64,000 bases of DNA. Source: an uncultured Chlorobiota bacterium (GTDB lineage Bacteria > Bacteroidota > Ignavibacteria > UBA10030 > UBA6906). Position 1 is the first letter of the stretch; each line of letters opens with the position of its first letter. Location of the stretch: contig CAADGV010000043.1 of NCBI GenBank assembly GCA_900696645.1, positions 66,848 through 130,847 on the forward strand, read 5' to 3'. A model generated the notes under the pieces. The model was not told the DNA's origin. It saw only the letters and a list, made by a program, of their open reading frames with translations, and made no database searches. Made by a program: the position numbers and the translations under genes. Positions 49,975-61,100 of the stretch are shown here, piece after piece.

Positions 49975-50661
49975 CTAGAATTGTTCCTCATCGTGGAACA
50001 AAACCACCGAACGGACGCCGCTTACGGATTTCAGTTCGCGCAGCAATTCCGCGGCACCCGCGTCGTTTTTCGGTTTGACGTAATATGAAACCTCCAATTC
50101 CCCGTTTTCTCCTACCGATCTCACATTCATCAGGGAGTTTTGCCGCGAGTATGCAAGCAACGCTGCCAGATAGGGTGGCTCCTTGCCGTTCAGATCGCCG
50201 TGCAACGGCTGATATGTAAACTGTACGATGAATTGTTTTCGGGGAGATGAGAGGATGTTGAAATTCACGAGCAGGTAATAGCCTGTGCCGAGAATGATCG
50301 TCCCCGCAAAGGCGGCGGCGGATAATCCCACGCCTGCCGTCATTCCGATGGCGAGGGCGAGAAAAATATGCACGATATCCATCACTTCTTTGACCGCCGT
50401 CCGGAAACGGATAATCGACATTGCGCCGACAAGCCCGAATGCGCGGGCAAGACTGTCGCCGATCACCATAATCACAACGGCAGTAATCATCGCGAGAAGA
50501 ACCAGCGAGTTGAGAAAGCTCGCCGAATACCCGGGCCCGCGATACGCCGCGCGGTAAAACGCGATGTGAATAAGCCCGCACAAGCTTGCCACAATCACGT
50601 TTGCAACGAAGTCGCCAAGCGTAAGCGGTGAAACTGTAAGACCTTCGAAATATTGCAGCAT
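49975..50661 (-). CDS. DUF4956 membrane protein (MgtC-like TM plus ACT-like C-terminus)
   Basis: SLARAFGLVGAMSIIRFRTAVKE, IGMTAGVG; true start is the ATG at 50661 overlapping the VTC stop (TGATG). Confidence 0.9.
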   Translation of the reverse strand: MLQYFEGLTVSPLTLGDFVANVIVASLCGLIHIAFYRAAYRGPGYSASFLNSLVLLAMITAVVIMVIGDSLARAFGLVGAMSIIRFRTAVKEVMDIVHIFLALAIGMTAGVGLSAAAFAGTIILGTGYYLLVNFNILSSPRKQFIVQFTYQPLHGDLNGKEPPYLAALLAYSRQNSLMNVRSVGENGELEVSYYVKPKNDAGAAELLRELKSVSGVRSVVLFHDEEQF

Positions 50662-51437
50662 CAGGCAGCCACCTCCGTTCGTCCGCACGCAAGCCCGACA
50701 AGGTCGGCGCATCCCAACTTTCCGGCAACCCCGGACGCTGTAACACACGAGCCATACTTCGACACACTCACGCGTGTCAAACCGTGCTTTTTGACAATTG
50801 CCCGAAGCCACGGAGCAAACCCGCCACCGAACTTTATCTCCATGATGAATGATGAGGCCGCAAGATGCGTCAATCCGTTTTCATTGTAGAGGTCGTTCAG
50901 CGAAGGCACACCCTGAAACCGTAAATGCTTGTCAAACGTGATTCGCAGATTCGGATCAAATTGTCCCTGAAACGCCTCCCTCTCATATGTTACGAGAACC
51001 ACCGGCCTCATTGCCGACCGGATGTAATGAAAAAGAAATCGCCGGGCGTTGTCGAGAGCAAGCGTGCGATTGGGACCGACGAGAATGTACTCTTCGGGAT
51101 TTCGCGTATGGAGAAATGCCGGCAGGTCGGTTGCGGACAATGCAGAGCGGCACTTCATACCCCTCCGCTCGATTTTGGTTTTGATTTCGAGAAATGCCCT
51201 TGCCCCTTCAGCGGCAGCGTCATAGGAACGGATGCGGAGCTTCTTCCGATTTTTTATCCCTTCCAATTTCTCGCGGTACGCGGCAAGTCGGGACGTATCG
51301 AAATAAATGCTTCTGACGGTGTATTGATGATCCTTGCGGCGCATCGTATAAACGTCGAGCGTGGTGTACGGCATAACGTCCTGACGCAGGGCATCAAGCC
51401 GTTCCATCGGAACGACGTACTTGTATTCAAATCGCAT
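50661..51437 (-). CDS. VTC-domain (CYTH-fold) polyphosphate polymerase domain protein
   Basis: RFEYKY, YTVRSIYFDT, RKKLRIRSY, FLEIK.K, YEREAF, RITFD, MEIKF, SKY. Confidence 0.93.
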   Translation of the reverse strand: MRFEYKYVVPMERLDALRQDVMPYTTLDVYTMRRKDHQYTVRSIYFDTSRLAAYREKLEGIKNRKKLRIRSYDAAAEGARAFLEIKTKIERRGMKCRSALSATDLPAFLHTRNPEEYILVGPNRTLALDNARRFLFHYIRSAMRPVVLVTYEREAFQGQFDPNLRITFDKHLRFQGVPSLNDLYNENGLTHLAASSFIMEIKFGGGFAPWLRAIVKKHGLTRVSVSKYGSCVTASGVAGKLGCADLVGLACGRTEVAA

Positions 51438-51469
51438 GTCTGACCCTTGTTACGTATGCGAAACGCCTG

Positions 51470-52552
51470 TTATCTCACAAGCGATTGGAGTTTTCGTTTG
51501 ACGAATTCGAACGGCGAAAGCGATTCACATTCAATCGTGCAGCGCGCAAGCAATCCGTTCAACACTTCCTCCGGCATGTCGACGAGTTGCGCCGTTGCAA
51601 GCACAACCTGCTGCCCGTTCAGCGAATGGATTGTCTTGTCGACTTTGCTCACCGCCGCCCGCGGAATATTGCCGACCTCGCTCGCGTACAATCGTACCTG
51701 TTGCTCCGGCAGAACGCTGGTCCGCTCATGCACAGAAACCGGCATCACCACAACGTAGCCCGTTGTGTCGGAAACAACCAGCAGTGTGTCTCCTTTGCCG
51801 ACTTGTGTGACAATACCCGAGATCGGAGCGATGAGCCTGTATTCTTTTTCCTGCCGCTCCAACACGTGGATTTCGCTTTGCAGGGATTTGATCTGCGCCC
51901 GGACGAAATCGGCCTGCTCTTTTTTTGCTCCGGTTGTAGCGCTTCGAAGTCTTGCCTCTGCAATTGATACCGCAATTGCCGACGTTGCCGCCTGGCGTTG
52001 GGCAAATTCATACTCCTGTTCCGACACTAACCCCCTGTCAAATAAGAGTTTCTGGCGGGCAAGGACAGAGTTGTACTCCTCTGCCTGGCGCTTTGCATGT
52101 TCGACCGACTGGACGGCTTCTTCTACGATAGATTGCTTCTCTCCTGTCACCGCAACCGCAAGTGCGGCGGTGGCGTTTTGCAGTTCTCCCCTCAATCGTT
52201 CAAGCTCGCGTGCAACTTCGCTGGAACGCGCAATGCCGACAGTATCTCCGGCTATAATGGTAGATCCGCCGGCAATTTTTGCATCAATCGAAAAACTCAT
52301 CGCGTCGCCGCGACTGAATTGTGCGAGCGAGTAGTGTCTCGTAATTCCGCTTGCCCGGTCTGCAATGAAGGTCACTATTCCGCCATCCCTGTTCAGGGCA
52401 ACGATCCATTCACTTGTGCAGAGAATCTTTCCCGTTGTCGTGATGGTGTACGGAACAGAGATCGGCAAAACAAACACGAGCGGAACCAGCACAGCGGCAG
52501 CCACTCCGAATGCCCATTTGCGGCGATGCGTATCAAATTCCAATCCCCTCAT
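51470..52552 (-). CDS. HlyD-like membrane fusion / periplasmic adaptor protein
   Basis: Single N-terminal TM, long alpha-hairpin ([13 protein letters not shown]), [13 protein letters not shown] overlap with the CotH gene. Confidence 0.8.
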   Translation of the reverse strand: MRGLEFDTHRRKWAFGVAAAVLVPLVFVLPISVPYTITTTGKILCTSEWIVALNRDGGIVTFIADRASGITRHYSLAQFSRGDAMSFSIDAKIAGGSTIIAGDTVGIARSSEVARELERLRGELQNATAALAVAVTGEKQSIVEEAVQSVEHAKRQAEEYNSVLARQKLLFDRGLVSEQEYEFAQRQAATSAIAVSIAEARLRSATTGAKKEQADFVRAQIKSLQSEIHVLERQEKEYRLIAPISGIVTQVGKGDTLLVVSDTTGYVVVMPVSVHERTSVLPEQQVRLYASEVGNIPRAAVSKVDKTIHSLNGQQVVLATAQLVDMPEEVLNGLLARCTIECESLSPFEFVKRKLQSLVR

Positions 52553-55398
52553 TTCATCAGTACCATGCGACGTGTTTGCGTAAAGCCGTCGGCAGAAATT
52601 CTATACAAATAGATTCCGCTGGAGAGGGGCGATGCGTCGAATGTGACGGTGTGAGTTCCGGCATTCCGCTGTCCGTCAACAAGCGTGGCAACCCGCTGGC
52701 CAATAAGATTGTACACATCCAGCTTGACGTTGCTTTCCTTCGGCAACCCGAACGAAATCGTGGTGGATGGATTGAACGGATTAGGATAATTCTGCGCCAG
52801 CGAGAAAGTCGTCGGTATGCTTGATGTGTGTTTCACGTTCGTCACAAGGGAAACATCCGTTCCCGTCAATACAATCTCGGTAGTCCCGCCGGAGGGGTTC
52901 ACCGTATTCGCGCCGCTCGGCCACACGCCATCGGCGTCCGTTGCCGTTGCCAGGATTGCTCCCGTCGCACGCGAGCGCCGCTCAAACCGGCGGATGCCGT
53001 TCGGCAGCGTGTTCGGAACAACCATGCCGAATGCCCCGTTGAGGCCGTCCACGTTTCCGGCGTAGAATGCAGCGTAATTGTTAGCAAGTGTGTTTGCCGT
53101 TCCATCATGCTCGATGAATGTTCCTGAAACCGGCCTTCCGCTTCCGGCAGTGTTGTCGTAGGCAAAGACAAAATCCTTTGCAGCGGCAGAAGACGATCCC
53201 CGAAGTCCGGTACCCGAAGTATCGGCCGGCGCCGAGTCGAGTCTCAGTACACGGACAGAATCGGGCGTGGTCAGGCGAACGGCAACCGATGTGCCTGTGC
53301 CTCCATCGTTCAGCGCGATTCTCATAAACACATGGTTCCCCGGTGCAAACCGCGCATTTCCTGTCGGCTCTGAGACGAACCAGCCTTCGAACATTCCGGT
53401 TGCATCACTCGTGAAGGTTCCGTATGCACCCTCCACCGAAAGACTCGGCCCGGTTGTTCTTGTAAAATCGCCCGATGCCGGAACGAAGATACAGTTCCCC
53501 GCACCGCTTGTCGTAGCCCCGTCTGCGGAAGTCACCATCTGATTGAAGTATCGGTACGTCGCGTTCTGCAGAAGTCCGGAAATTCTTACTCTGTAAGCAA
53601 ACGGAATGCGGTTTGAATTCGTCCCATTATTTCCCTGAATCACTTGCGGCACAATGAGTGTTATCAGAACGGGATCAATAATAATCGAGTTGCCGTTATC
53701 GGTGCCGAATGTCGGCCGCGCCTGCACGAACGGGCCCGTGCCGTTCGGAATGCGCGCCATCGAGCGGTTGCCCACCTGCGGACCGAACGTGACGGAATCG
53801 AGAATGCTCACGTTGACGTTCGAAAAGATGATCTGCTCACCGCTTGCCGACAACGCAAAATTGGCATGAAGTCCAACCTGTCCGCTGTCGTTATCAGCCC
53901 AGACAATCAGGTAGCCGTTCGGCGCAATGATCGTGTTAGCAGGAAATTGCCACTTCGTCGGCAATGTCGGGTCGTCCGAAAGATACATGCCGCCGAGATT
54001 CAGCGGATTTGATGTTGTATTGTAGAACTCTATCCAATCGTCAAACTGGCCAGCAGGATCGGGAATCGAATCGTTCTGCGCCATGAATTCGTTGATCACC
54101 ACATCACCCGGATTCACCGCAAGCAAGCAGGAGACGCCAAGCGTCGTCAGTTGCGACTGTACGCTCGCTTGCCTGAGATTGATGAATGATTTCAGTCCCG
54201 GTTTGCGCGTCCCGCCCCCGCCGCTGGCGTTGATGTCGCTTACCAGATTGGTTTCAAACTGCGTGTTCGTGTACATCTTCCGCGGATCGGCATACACGTG
54301 CGGTCGGATAGCGCTCGCGACCGAGTCGATCAGAGGAAAAAGTCTTGCCGACGAGAAATAATTCGTAAACAACAGGCATAGCTGCTGCAAATACTCGGCG
54401 CGCAGTGTTGGCGTATTCAAAAACTTGCCGATAAGGGGACGGTTGGTTGTGCTGCTCACATAGGTAATGCTCATGCTCTCAAGATTCGACACGCCGCCCG
54501 TGTATGAACCGAAGCTGAGCCCCAAATCCCAGGGAATCCACTCCATTTTTCCTGTTGTAGGATGAAAATAGAAGTAGAAATTCCTTCCGCTGTTCAGATA
54601 CGCATCGAGGTTTGCAAACAGATTATCGACTGCAACTGCTCTGTACAGCGCGTTCAGATTCACGACGTTCGGCAATGCCGTTGCCATGTTGGCGTTGTTG
54701 TTGAGTGTATCGAGCAGCCTGACGAGATTCGTCCACGCGGTTGTCGATTCTTCCGTTTTCATTTCATAGCGCGAGTAGTACAGGCTTGGAGTCGACCCGT
54801 ACCAGCGGAAATCAGAAATAACCCCCGAGCCGAACGCGTCAACGGCCTTGAAGAGATCGCCCCCGTCGTTTGCATAACGTGAATTCAGAAACCGCTTGTC
54901 AACATGCTCGACCATGGCGTAGAATCCCCACAACGTGTCGTTGAAGAACACCCGCGCATAGTTTACTCGCGGCGCCGGAACGCCCGCATCTCTGCAGAAA
55001 TCCGAGTGCATCTTCTCGCGCATGAACGTGGGATCGCCCCAGCAATTGTTCAGGTGAATCCCCTTCACGCCGTCCCAACGGGTATTACTTCTGAACTCAT
55101 CGAGGCTCAGCCGGATCGATTTTTTGTTGTTGGGATGACTGTAGGAGGAATTTCCCTTGAGCCTGACGCCGATACTATCGTATTCGACACCGTTGATCAC
55201 GGCGTTTGCGGCAATGTACTGCTCGTTTCCTTGATTATAATAGATCGTGAGAGAATCCCAGTAGCGTTGCTGCGGAAACCGGAGGTTGATGGTGTGAATC
55301 TGCGTGCCCGCAAAAATACTGTCGCCCGGATTTTGCGCATTAGCTGCAATGGGCACTCCTGCAAGCAGAATGCCAAGAAGCAGGCTGTAACGTTTCAT
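52549..55398 (-). CDS. T9SS-secreted CotH-family kinase with lamin-tail domain
   Basis: [65 protein letters not shown]9SS CTD. Confidence 0.93.
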   Translation of the reverse strand: MKRYSLLLGILLAGVPIAANAQNPGDSIFAGTQIHTINLRFPQQRYWDSLTIYYNQGNEQYIAANAVINGVEYDSIGVRLKGNSSYSHPNNKKSIRLSLDEFRSNTRWDGVKGIHLNNCWGDPTFMREKMHSDFCRDAGVPAPRVNYARVFFNDTLWGFYAMVEHVDKRFLNSRYANDGGDLFKAVDAFGSGVISDFRWYGSTPSLYYSRYEMKTEESTTAWTNLVRLLDTLNNNANMATALPNVVNLNALYRAVAVDNLFANLDAYLNSGRNFYFYFHPTTGKMEWIPWDLGLSFGSYTGGVSNLESMSITYVSSTTNRPLIGKFLNTPTLRAEYLQQLCLLFTNYFSSARLFPLIDSVASAIRPHVYADPRKMYTNTQFETNLVSDINASGGGGTRKPGLKSFINLRQASVQSQLTTLGVSCLLAVNPGDVVINEFMAQNDSIPDPAGQFDDWIEFYNTTSNPLNLGGMYLSDDPTLPTKWQFPANTIIAPNGYLIVWADNDSGQVGLHANFALSASGEQIIFSNVNVSILDSVTFGPQVGNRSMARIPNGTGPFVQARPTFGTDNGNSIIIDPVLITLIVPQVIQGNNGTNSNRIPFAYRVRISGLLQNATYRYFNQMVTSADGATTSGAGNCIFVPASGDFTRTTGPSLSVEGAYGTFTSDATGMFEGWFVSEPTGNARFAPGNHVFMRIALNDGGTGTSVAVRLTTPDSVRVLRLDSAPADTSGTGLRGSSSAAAKDFVFAYDNTAGSGRPVSGTFIEHDGTANTLANNYAAFYAGNVDGLNGAFGMVVPNTLPNGIRRFERRSRATGAILATATDADGVWPSGANTVNPSGGTTEIVLTGTDVSLVTNVKHTSSIPTTFSLAQNYPNPFNPSTTISFGLPKESNVKLDVYNLIGQRVATLVDGQRNAGTHTVTFDASPLSSGIYLYRISADGFTQTRRMVLMK

Positions 55399-55422
55399 AT
55401 CTGACCCTATGTGGATGGTAGG

Positions 55423-55800
55423 TTACTCGTTGCGTCGCCGCGGTCGATCCTCGAACCTGTTGCGGCGCTCTTTCTGAAATTCTTCGAACTTCTTCCTCTG
55501 TTCCTTCGTCAACAGGCCGGTGATCTTCTCGTCGGCTTCACGGTTCTTCTTCATTATCGTTTCACGAAAGGCGCCGCGATTGCCGCCGGAGGATTCGAAC
55601 ATTTCTTCCATCTCTTGCCGGAGTTGTTCATAGATTTTCCTGACTTGGGCTGTTTGCTTCTCGTTCAGGTTCAGTTCCTTTTTCAACTCGGCGGTACGCT
55701 CGTCGGGCGACATGCGTCTCGGTTGGGCTGAACTGCCGCTGCATAACAACACGAAGCAGGCCGGCATGAGGAGTATCAAGGCAGTTGATCGAAGTTTCAT
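55423..55800 (-). CDS. Spy/CpxP-like (LTxxQ) periplasmic protein
   Basis: Signal peptide; ELNLNEKQ, LLTKEQRKKF; Arg/Glu-rich helices; start MKLRST. Confidence 0.75.
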   Translation of the reverse strand: MKLRSTALILLMPACFVLLCSGSSAQPRRMSPDERTAELKKELNLNEKQTAQVRKIYEQLRQEMEEMFESSGGNRGAFRETIMKKNREADEKITGLLTKEQRKKFEEFQKERRNRFEDRPRRRNE

Positions 55801-55979
55801 ATCGCATCTCTTTCGTGATTGATGGGCTTCTGTTTCCGAGGCATGACAAAATGAATCCCCCACTAATTCATGCTATAATTGCTCGAAAAGCAATATCCAA
55901 GCTGATGTTCTTGCCACACACAGTAAGTTGACCGACACTTTGAACCGGAATCCCCTGCGAAGGTTTAACGTATAGCTTT

Positions 55980-56825
55980 TCAGCGCCGTTCGGGGGCGAA
56001 GGCCGGACGCCATTCCAATCCGCTCGCCGTTTCCATCAGTTGCGTCAGGCGTGAGATGAATCGTGCCATCGGCGCCCCGTCCACCACGTCATGATCCATC
56101 AGGATTGTTAGATTCAGTATCTCCCGTATCTTGACTTCATTCTGAACCACCCAGGGCTTTTTCAGCACAGAGCCGACGCCAACGCTCAAGTTGTGGTAGG
56201 ATTTGTGAATGAACCAGCCGGGAAGGCCGCGTTTATTGCCGATGGAAGTAAGAATGACTGTACCCATCAGCTTCTTTCGCAGCAGCGGACGGGAGAGAAT
56301 GTGCTTCATCACAAGCCGGCGAATTACTGCGGGAAGCAGGTAGTACAACTTCATCTGCAATGCACTGCTCCCTTCGGCAAGAACGTAATCTCCCTCGTTG
56401 CGGATATCTTGGCTCTTGGCGGCTTCGATCTCGCGATGGATTTCAGCCATCGCCTTTTTGTCGGCGCGTTTGATAACGACGGGAAGCGGTACAGGCTTTC
56501 CATCAACTTCTTTCTCCACGATGACGGCAATATCAATGTCGTCAAAGACGATAAGTTTCCGTTTGTTGCGATGCAGAAGGGCGTGAACCTCCTTGTGCTC
56601 ACTGATTGCGGTAGCTATCGTCTTGATGAGCCACGAAGTGAACGAAACCGCAACCCCGGATTCCCGCCTCAACGTACGAAGCCGGCTTCGCGCATCGGTC
56701 ACATCAATTTCCAGCAAACCGGCGATGTGATGTTTCGTTCGGGCAATTCGTCCGAGATCAATCGTTCCTATGCGGGACTTCGGGAAGTCAACGACGGAGT
56801 AGGGATGCTCGTTCGCGTGTTTCAT
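55980..56825 (-). CDS. Stand-alone 2-oxoacid dehydrogenase E2-like acyltransferase (catalytic domain only)
   Basis: EIDVT, DIAVIVE, DHDVVDGAPMARF; no lipoyl domain. Confidence 0.88.
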   Translation of the reverse strand: MKHANEHPYSVVDFPKSRIGTIDLGRIARTKHHIAGLLEIDVTDARSRLRTLRRESGVAVSFTSWLIKTIATAISEHKEVHALLHRNKRKLIVFDDIDIAVIVEKEVDGKPVPLPVVIKRADKKAMAEIHREIEAAKSQDIRNEGDYVLAEGSSALQMKLYYLLPAVIRRLVMKHILSRPLLRKKLMGTVILTSIGNKRGLPGWFIHKSYHNLSVGVGSVLKKPWVVQNEVKIREILNLTILMDHDVVDGAPMARFISRLTQLMETASGLEWRPAFAPERR

Positions 56826-56925
56826 TGTCCATTTTCTGTTGACGTTCTTATCTGCCGAAGCCCGGCTCTTTCAGCCTGAATCCCAGAATGTCCGAGTAGA
56901 ACCAGAGGGATTCTGTTTCTCGATT

Positions 56926-56954
56926 TGAGGATGAGGATGAGGATGAGGATGAGG
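56926..56954. repeat. (TGAGGA)x~5 hexamer repeat
   Basis: TGAGGATGAGGATGAGGATGAGGATGAGG. Confidence 0.85.
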
Positions 56955-57068
56955 TGCATGGGAATCTTCTATATGGTAGCAAATTTCAGCCTATGCAATA
57001 GAGGACGCTAAACTCATTTTGGTTTAGTGATGAAATCGTAGAGTTATAGAAGCGCAGATGAAGAGCTT

Positions 57069-57156
57069 TAACCGCAGAGAACGCTGAGATCGCAGAGAAA
57101 GAAACCTTTAATGTGTTCTCCATTTCAAGGTATTTCCTCCGCGTTCTCTGCGGTTA
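57069..57156. repeat. REP/MITE-like element with perfect 16-bp inverted repeats
   Basis: TAACCGCAGAGAACGC ... GCGTTCTCTGCGGTTA. Confidence 0.8.
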
Positions 57157-57266
57157 GATTTTTCTGCCGAGTTTTCATCCGCGTCTCTAGCGCCTCCATA
57201 GGCATGCCCAAATCCCCCACCTGCGCCTCGTCAAGGTAGCGCGAATCAGCGGGAAAATCAATGGTA

Positions 57267-57308
57267 GATCGGAGGTCAGAGGACAGAAGTCGGATGTCGG
57301 AGATCAAA
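57267..57308. repeat. Degenerate 7-bp periodic repeat
   Basis: GATCGGA GGTCAGA GGACAGA AGTCGGA TGTCGGA GATCAAA. Confidence 0.7.
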
Positions 57309-57311
57309 CGC

Positions 57312-57340
57312 TTGACTCAATGTCAGATATGACATATATT
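57312..57340 (+). promoter_or_regulatory. Toxin-antitoxin promoter with operator palindrome
   Basis: TTGACT-17 nt-TATATT with ATGTCA-GATA-TGACAT in the spacer. Confidence 0.8.
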
Positions 57341-57348
57341 GACTCTCA

Positions 57349-57687
57349 ATGAAGGACACTGACAAGCCGCTCATTTGGCTGCATGGCGAGGTTAAGACGC
57401 CGCCATTTTCCGGAGCGGGAAGGATTGAAGCAGGATACCTGTTGCGCCGATTACAGACGGGCGAAAAGCTGGCCTTGCCTCATTCGCGACCGATGCCTTC
57501 GATCGGTTCACGGTGTCACGAGCTTCGCATCAACGACGAAAATAGAACCTGGCGTATTGTGTACCGCCTCGAGGAGGATGCCATCCTCATTCTGGATGTA
57601 TTCGAAAAGAAAGTGCAGAGAACACCCAAGAAAGTCATAGAAAATTGCAAACGCCGAATCAGACTTTATGATTTAGAAGTAGGATGA
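57349..57687 (+). CDS. RelE/ParE-superfamily (Gp49/HigB-like) toxin
   Basis: RIEAGYLLRRLQ.G, SRPMPSIG..CHELRI, WRIVY, VFEKK..TP. Confidence 0.93.
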   Translation: MKDTDKPLIWLHGEVKTPPFSGAGRIEAGYLLRRLQTGEKLALPHSRPMPSIGSRCHELRINDENRTWRIVYRLEEDAILILDVFEKKVQRTPKKVIENCKRRIRLYDLEVG

Positions 57688-57998
57688 CCATGAATACTAC
57701 AAAACGAAAACGCCTTGAAGCTAAAGGATGGAAAGTCGGCAGTACTGCTGACTTCCTCGATCTCTCACCCGAAGAAGCCGCCTACGTGGAAGTAAAACTC
57801 GCCTTGAGCAAGCGCCTTCAGGCGGCGCGACGGGGAAAGAACCTTTCGCAGGAACAGTTGGCCCAACTTTTGAAATCCAGCCAATCCCGCGTGGCAAAGA
57901 TGGAGGCGGGAGACCCGACGGTGTCACTTGACCTTCTCGTTCGCTCACTCTTTGCCCTTGGTACATCCCGGAAAACCCTCGCACGGATATTGGGATAA
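57684..57998 (+). CDS. XRE-family HTH antitoxin (HigA-like)
   Basis: LSQEQLA..L.SSQSRVAKMEAG..VSLDLL; ATGA overlap with the toxin. Confidence 0.92.
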   Translation: MTMNTTKRKRLEAKGWKVGSTADFLDLSPEEAAYVEVKLALSKRLQAARRGKNLSQEQLAQLLKSSQSRVAKMEAGDPTVSLDLLVRSLFALGTSRKTLARILG

Positions 57999-58027
57999 GC
58001 TTCCCGAAGTCCATCCATTTCACAAGA

Positions 58028-58068
58028 AAGCCCCGCCCCGCAACTTGCGCCATCGGGACGGGGCATTT
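58028..58068. terminator. Hairpin between convergent genes
   Basis: GCCCCGCCCCG...CGGGACGGGGC-ATTT. Confidence 0.55.
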
Positions 58069-58093
58069 GTTACACACTATCCCGTTTATCCTT

Positions 58094-58162
58094 GCCCGCC
58101 TCTGGCGGGCCGTAAATCCTGTCTGAATCTTCTCGACAGGATTAACAGGATGTAACAGGATT
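58094..58162. repeat. GCCCGCC-TCT-GGCGGGC palindrome plus ACAGGAT x3 repeats
   Basis: Directly visible; an inverted ATCCTGT copy lies at ~58116. Confidence 0.7.
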
Positions 58163-58167
58163 GAATG

Positions 58168-61100
58168 TTATTTCATCAACAACATCTTGCGTACCTGAAT
58201 GAACGCGGGCGAGCCACTTGTCGGCGTCGCTTCAATGCGCATCAGGTACACGCCCGTTGCCACGCGGGCATCCCATCGTACATCATAGAACCCGGCGGGC
58301 TGCACGGCGGCGACAAGCTGCTCAACTTCCTGCCCCAGTATGTTGAACACCTTCAGCGTCACCTTCGATTCAGCAGGCAACGCATACCGGATTGTGGTCG
58401 AAGGGTTGAAGGGATTCGGGTAGTTCTGTTCGAGCGCGAATGTCGTCGGCAGAGCCGCTACACCTTCAATGCTTGTCACGATATCAAGTCTCACCGGCAC
58501 GAACATGGGGGCGCCGGTGTTTCCTGTCAGCGTGAGCCGTGCGCGGTGGGTTCCCTGCGTCATCACGCCGGGATGAACCTGCACTTTCACGCTCATGCTG
58601 TCGGACGGGGCGAGCACGCCCTGCGTAACATCCGTTGAAAGCCACGGCACGGCGTCCCGCGTCAACAGAATGGCGAGATTGTTGTGCATATACGCCGCGC
58701 TGTTCACAACCTGCAACGCAATACTCCCTCCTGCATTCTCAATTCCAATAGTCGCAGAGGTAAGCGTTTGCTGCATGTTCTGATATTGATAAAGAACATC
58801 GCCCGACGGCTTGAGGATAATCTGGAACGTATAGAGTCCGGGCTCAGAAGTGCCGTAATGCGGCACGTTGGTGTACTGAACGATGAATCTGTTGTTGGCG
58901 ACATCGTGATAATAGTGCACGGTTCCGCTTGTACTCAGATCAAGATCGTCCCACCACGGATACAGCGCATTGTTCGGCTCTGCAGTCGAGGGAATGGCGC
59001 CGTTCAGGTACGCCGCCGAAGTCGAGGCAACGTCGAACCCGAGCCAGCCGTTTGTCACGACCTTCAGTGACGAGTAAGAGGTGCCGTAGAACGGGAATGC
59101 AAACGGCATCGATATTGTCACATACCCGTCGTCGGCACTGGGTGACCAACCTGTAATCTGTGTGCCGACGGTCGAGATATCCACCCAGTTGAATGTCGGA
59201 CCGCCCGGCTCGTCGCTGTCAATCCAGCGATAGCCGTATGCGTCAGGGCCGCCGCCACCTTTTATTGCAGGAGGATTGACGGCTTGCGCAACGCCCTTCG
59301 GGAGTTCGATAGTCGCCTGCTGTTCCATTGAGCGCAGTATGGAAGGCGACGTACCGACCAGCGATTCTTCTATTGTAAACCGCAACGTGTCGGTACCTGC
59401 GTTCTTTACTTTCATCATCTGAAATGTCGTATCGGCTGTGGGCTGTCGCGTGAACGCGAAAGAATCGGGCTGAACAACCATGAGCGCAATTCCACCGTGT
59501 CCGATCAGCGCAATGGCTGGAGAACTGCCGGCGTTCGAGATGAAACGTAGCGTGTCGTACAGCGTCCCCACCACAAGCGGCTTGAACTGCACGGTCAATC
59601 GTACGGTATCCTGCGGCCCGAGCGAGAAGCTGACCGGCGTTACGGAGAACCGCGCGTTAGTATGCGTAATGTTCGTGACGTTCAGCGTGCCTGTGCCGAG
59701 ATTTTGTACACGCACAAACTGCGTCGCCGAGTCGTTCAGTTGAACCGCCCCGAAATCCAATGAGGACGGCGTCGCGGAAATCAATGCGCCACCCGGGCGG
59801 GTCATCAAGAATTCAACTATGTTTTCCGTGAGTTTCTTTGCCGTTGTCGTGTCGGTAATGGCGGCAACGGAGAATGTCGTGAACACAATTTGTCCGACTG
59901 TGGGATCGGGTAGAGGATTGTACACAATAACCCCCGCCGTGTCGGGGCCTTGCGCTGCATATGTTGACCATCCGGCGATTTTCTTCGCATGCACGTCGCC
60001 GGGCTGCAACCTCATAGCATCCCTGTGTCCTATACCGCTGGTCGGGAACGGAACGGGACTTGAAATAACGTGAGGCGTTGTGAACACCGGATGCGATGGC
60101 ACAGTCACCGCTAAATTGGAACTGCTGACATCGCTGATCCAGTTGCTGTCGCGCAACACTTGACGGCGGAACGGCGGATCGAGGTCGGTTGTTGTGCCGC
60201 TCTTGCGGAAGACGTATCCAACTTCCCCGCCTTCGACCCAGATTTTTCCTCCGGATTGGCTGCGGCCCACCAACGCCGCCCGTTTGGCTGCATCTCCAAA
60301 AATGCCGCTCGTTTTGCTTCCTGCAGACCACACAACAACATCATAGTTCGCATAGCCTGTCGGATCGTGGGCGGCAAATGTTGCCGTATCCACCACAAAT
60401 CCAACTTCCGTCAGCGTACGGGCGATGAGACGCGAGCTGACGCCTTTCTGCGCCGCGGGACGTTCATCCATCCCTTTGTCGGATACAGCTTTTTCCTTCG
60501 TTGTCACGTCATCATCTACCACAAGAATAACTCCGCGTGCAGAGATGATGGCAAAACGATGGAAGCCTGTCGGCGGATTCGTCGCAAGATTTCCCGCAAC
60601 GGAACGATCACGTGCAACCACCTTGTATACAATAGTGTCGCCAACAACAACCTGATTCGTATCGAGCGGGAACGTCGCCTGATAATTGTCTCCCGTCGTA
60701 GGCACAAGCCCGAACGACCCGCTCAGGGAGCCGCGAAGGCGCATATAATCCACCCATACGGAATCAACGCCGAGGTTATCCGTTACTGTTGCGCGTACCG
60801 TTGCCGGCCAGCGCAACCTCGCCTGATCGCGCAGCGGCGTGTGTGTAATAACCGGAGGAATCACATCAGGTCCGGCAAGGAAACTGTGGAAGCTCCCCGG
60901 CGCTCCGGTCGGATGAGTTGCCGCTCCGCCACTGCTATCTTTCGCCGAGATATAGTACCGGTACGTTGCCTGGATTCCGTTTCCGGGAATTTGCGCCTGA
61001 TAGACGTTCGGCGTTCCCGTCAGTGTCATCTGCACGCTGTCGGTGAAAGTTCCCGTTCTCGTCCAGAACACTTTCAGGCTCGACGGAATGAGGGGTGATG

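Noticed and set aside
57125..57307. 60-aa minus-strand ORF
   Set aside because: Both ends are translations of repeat elements; the middle may be a gene remnant but I cannot identify it
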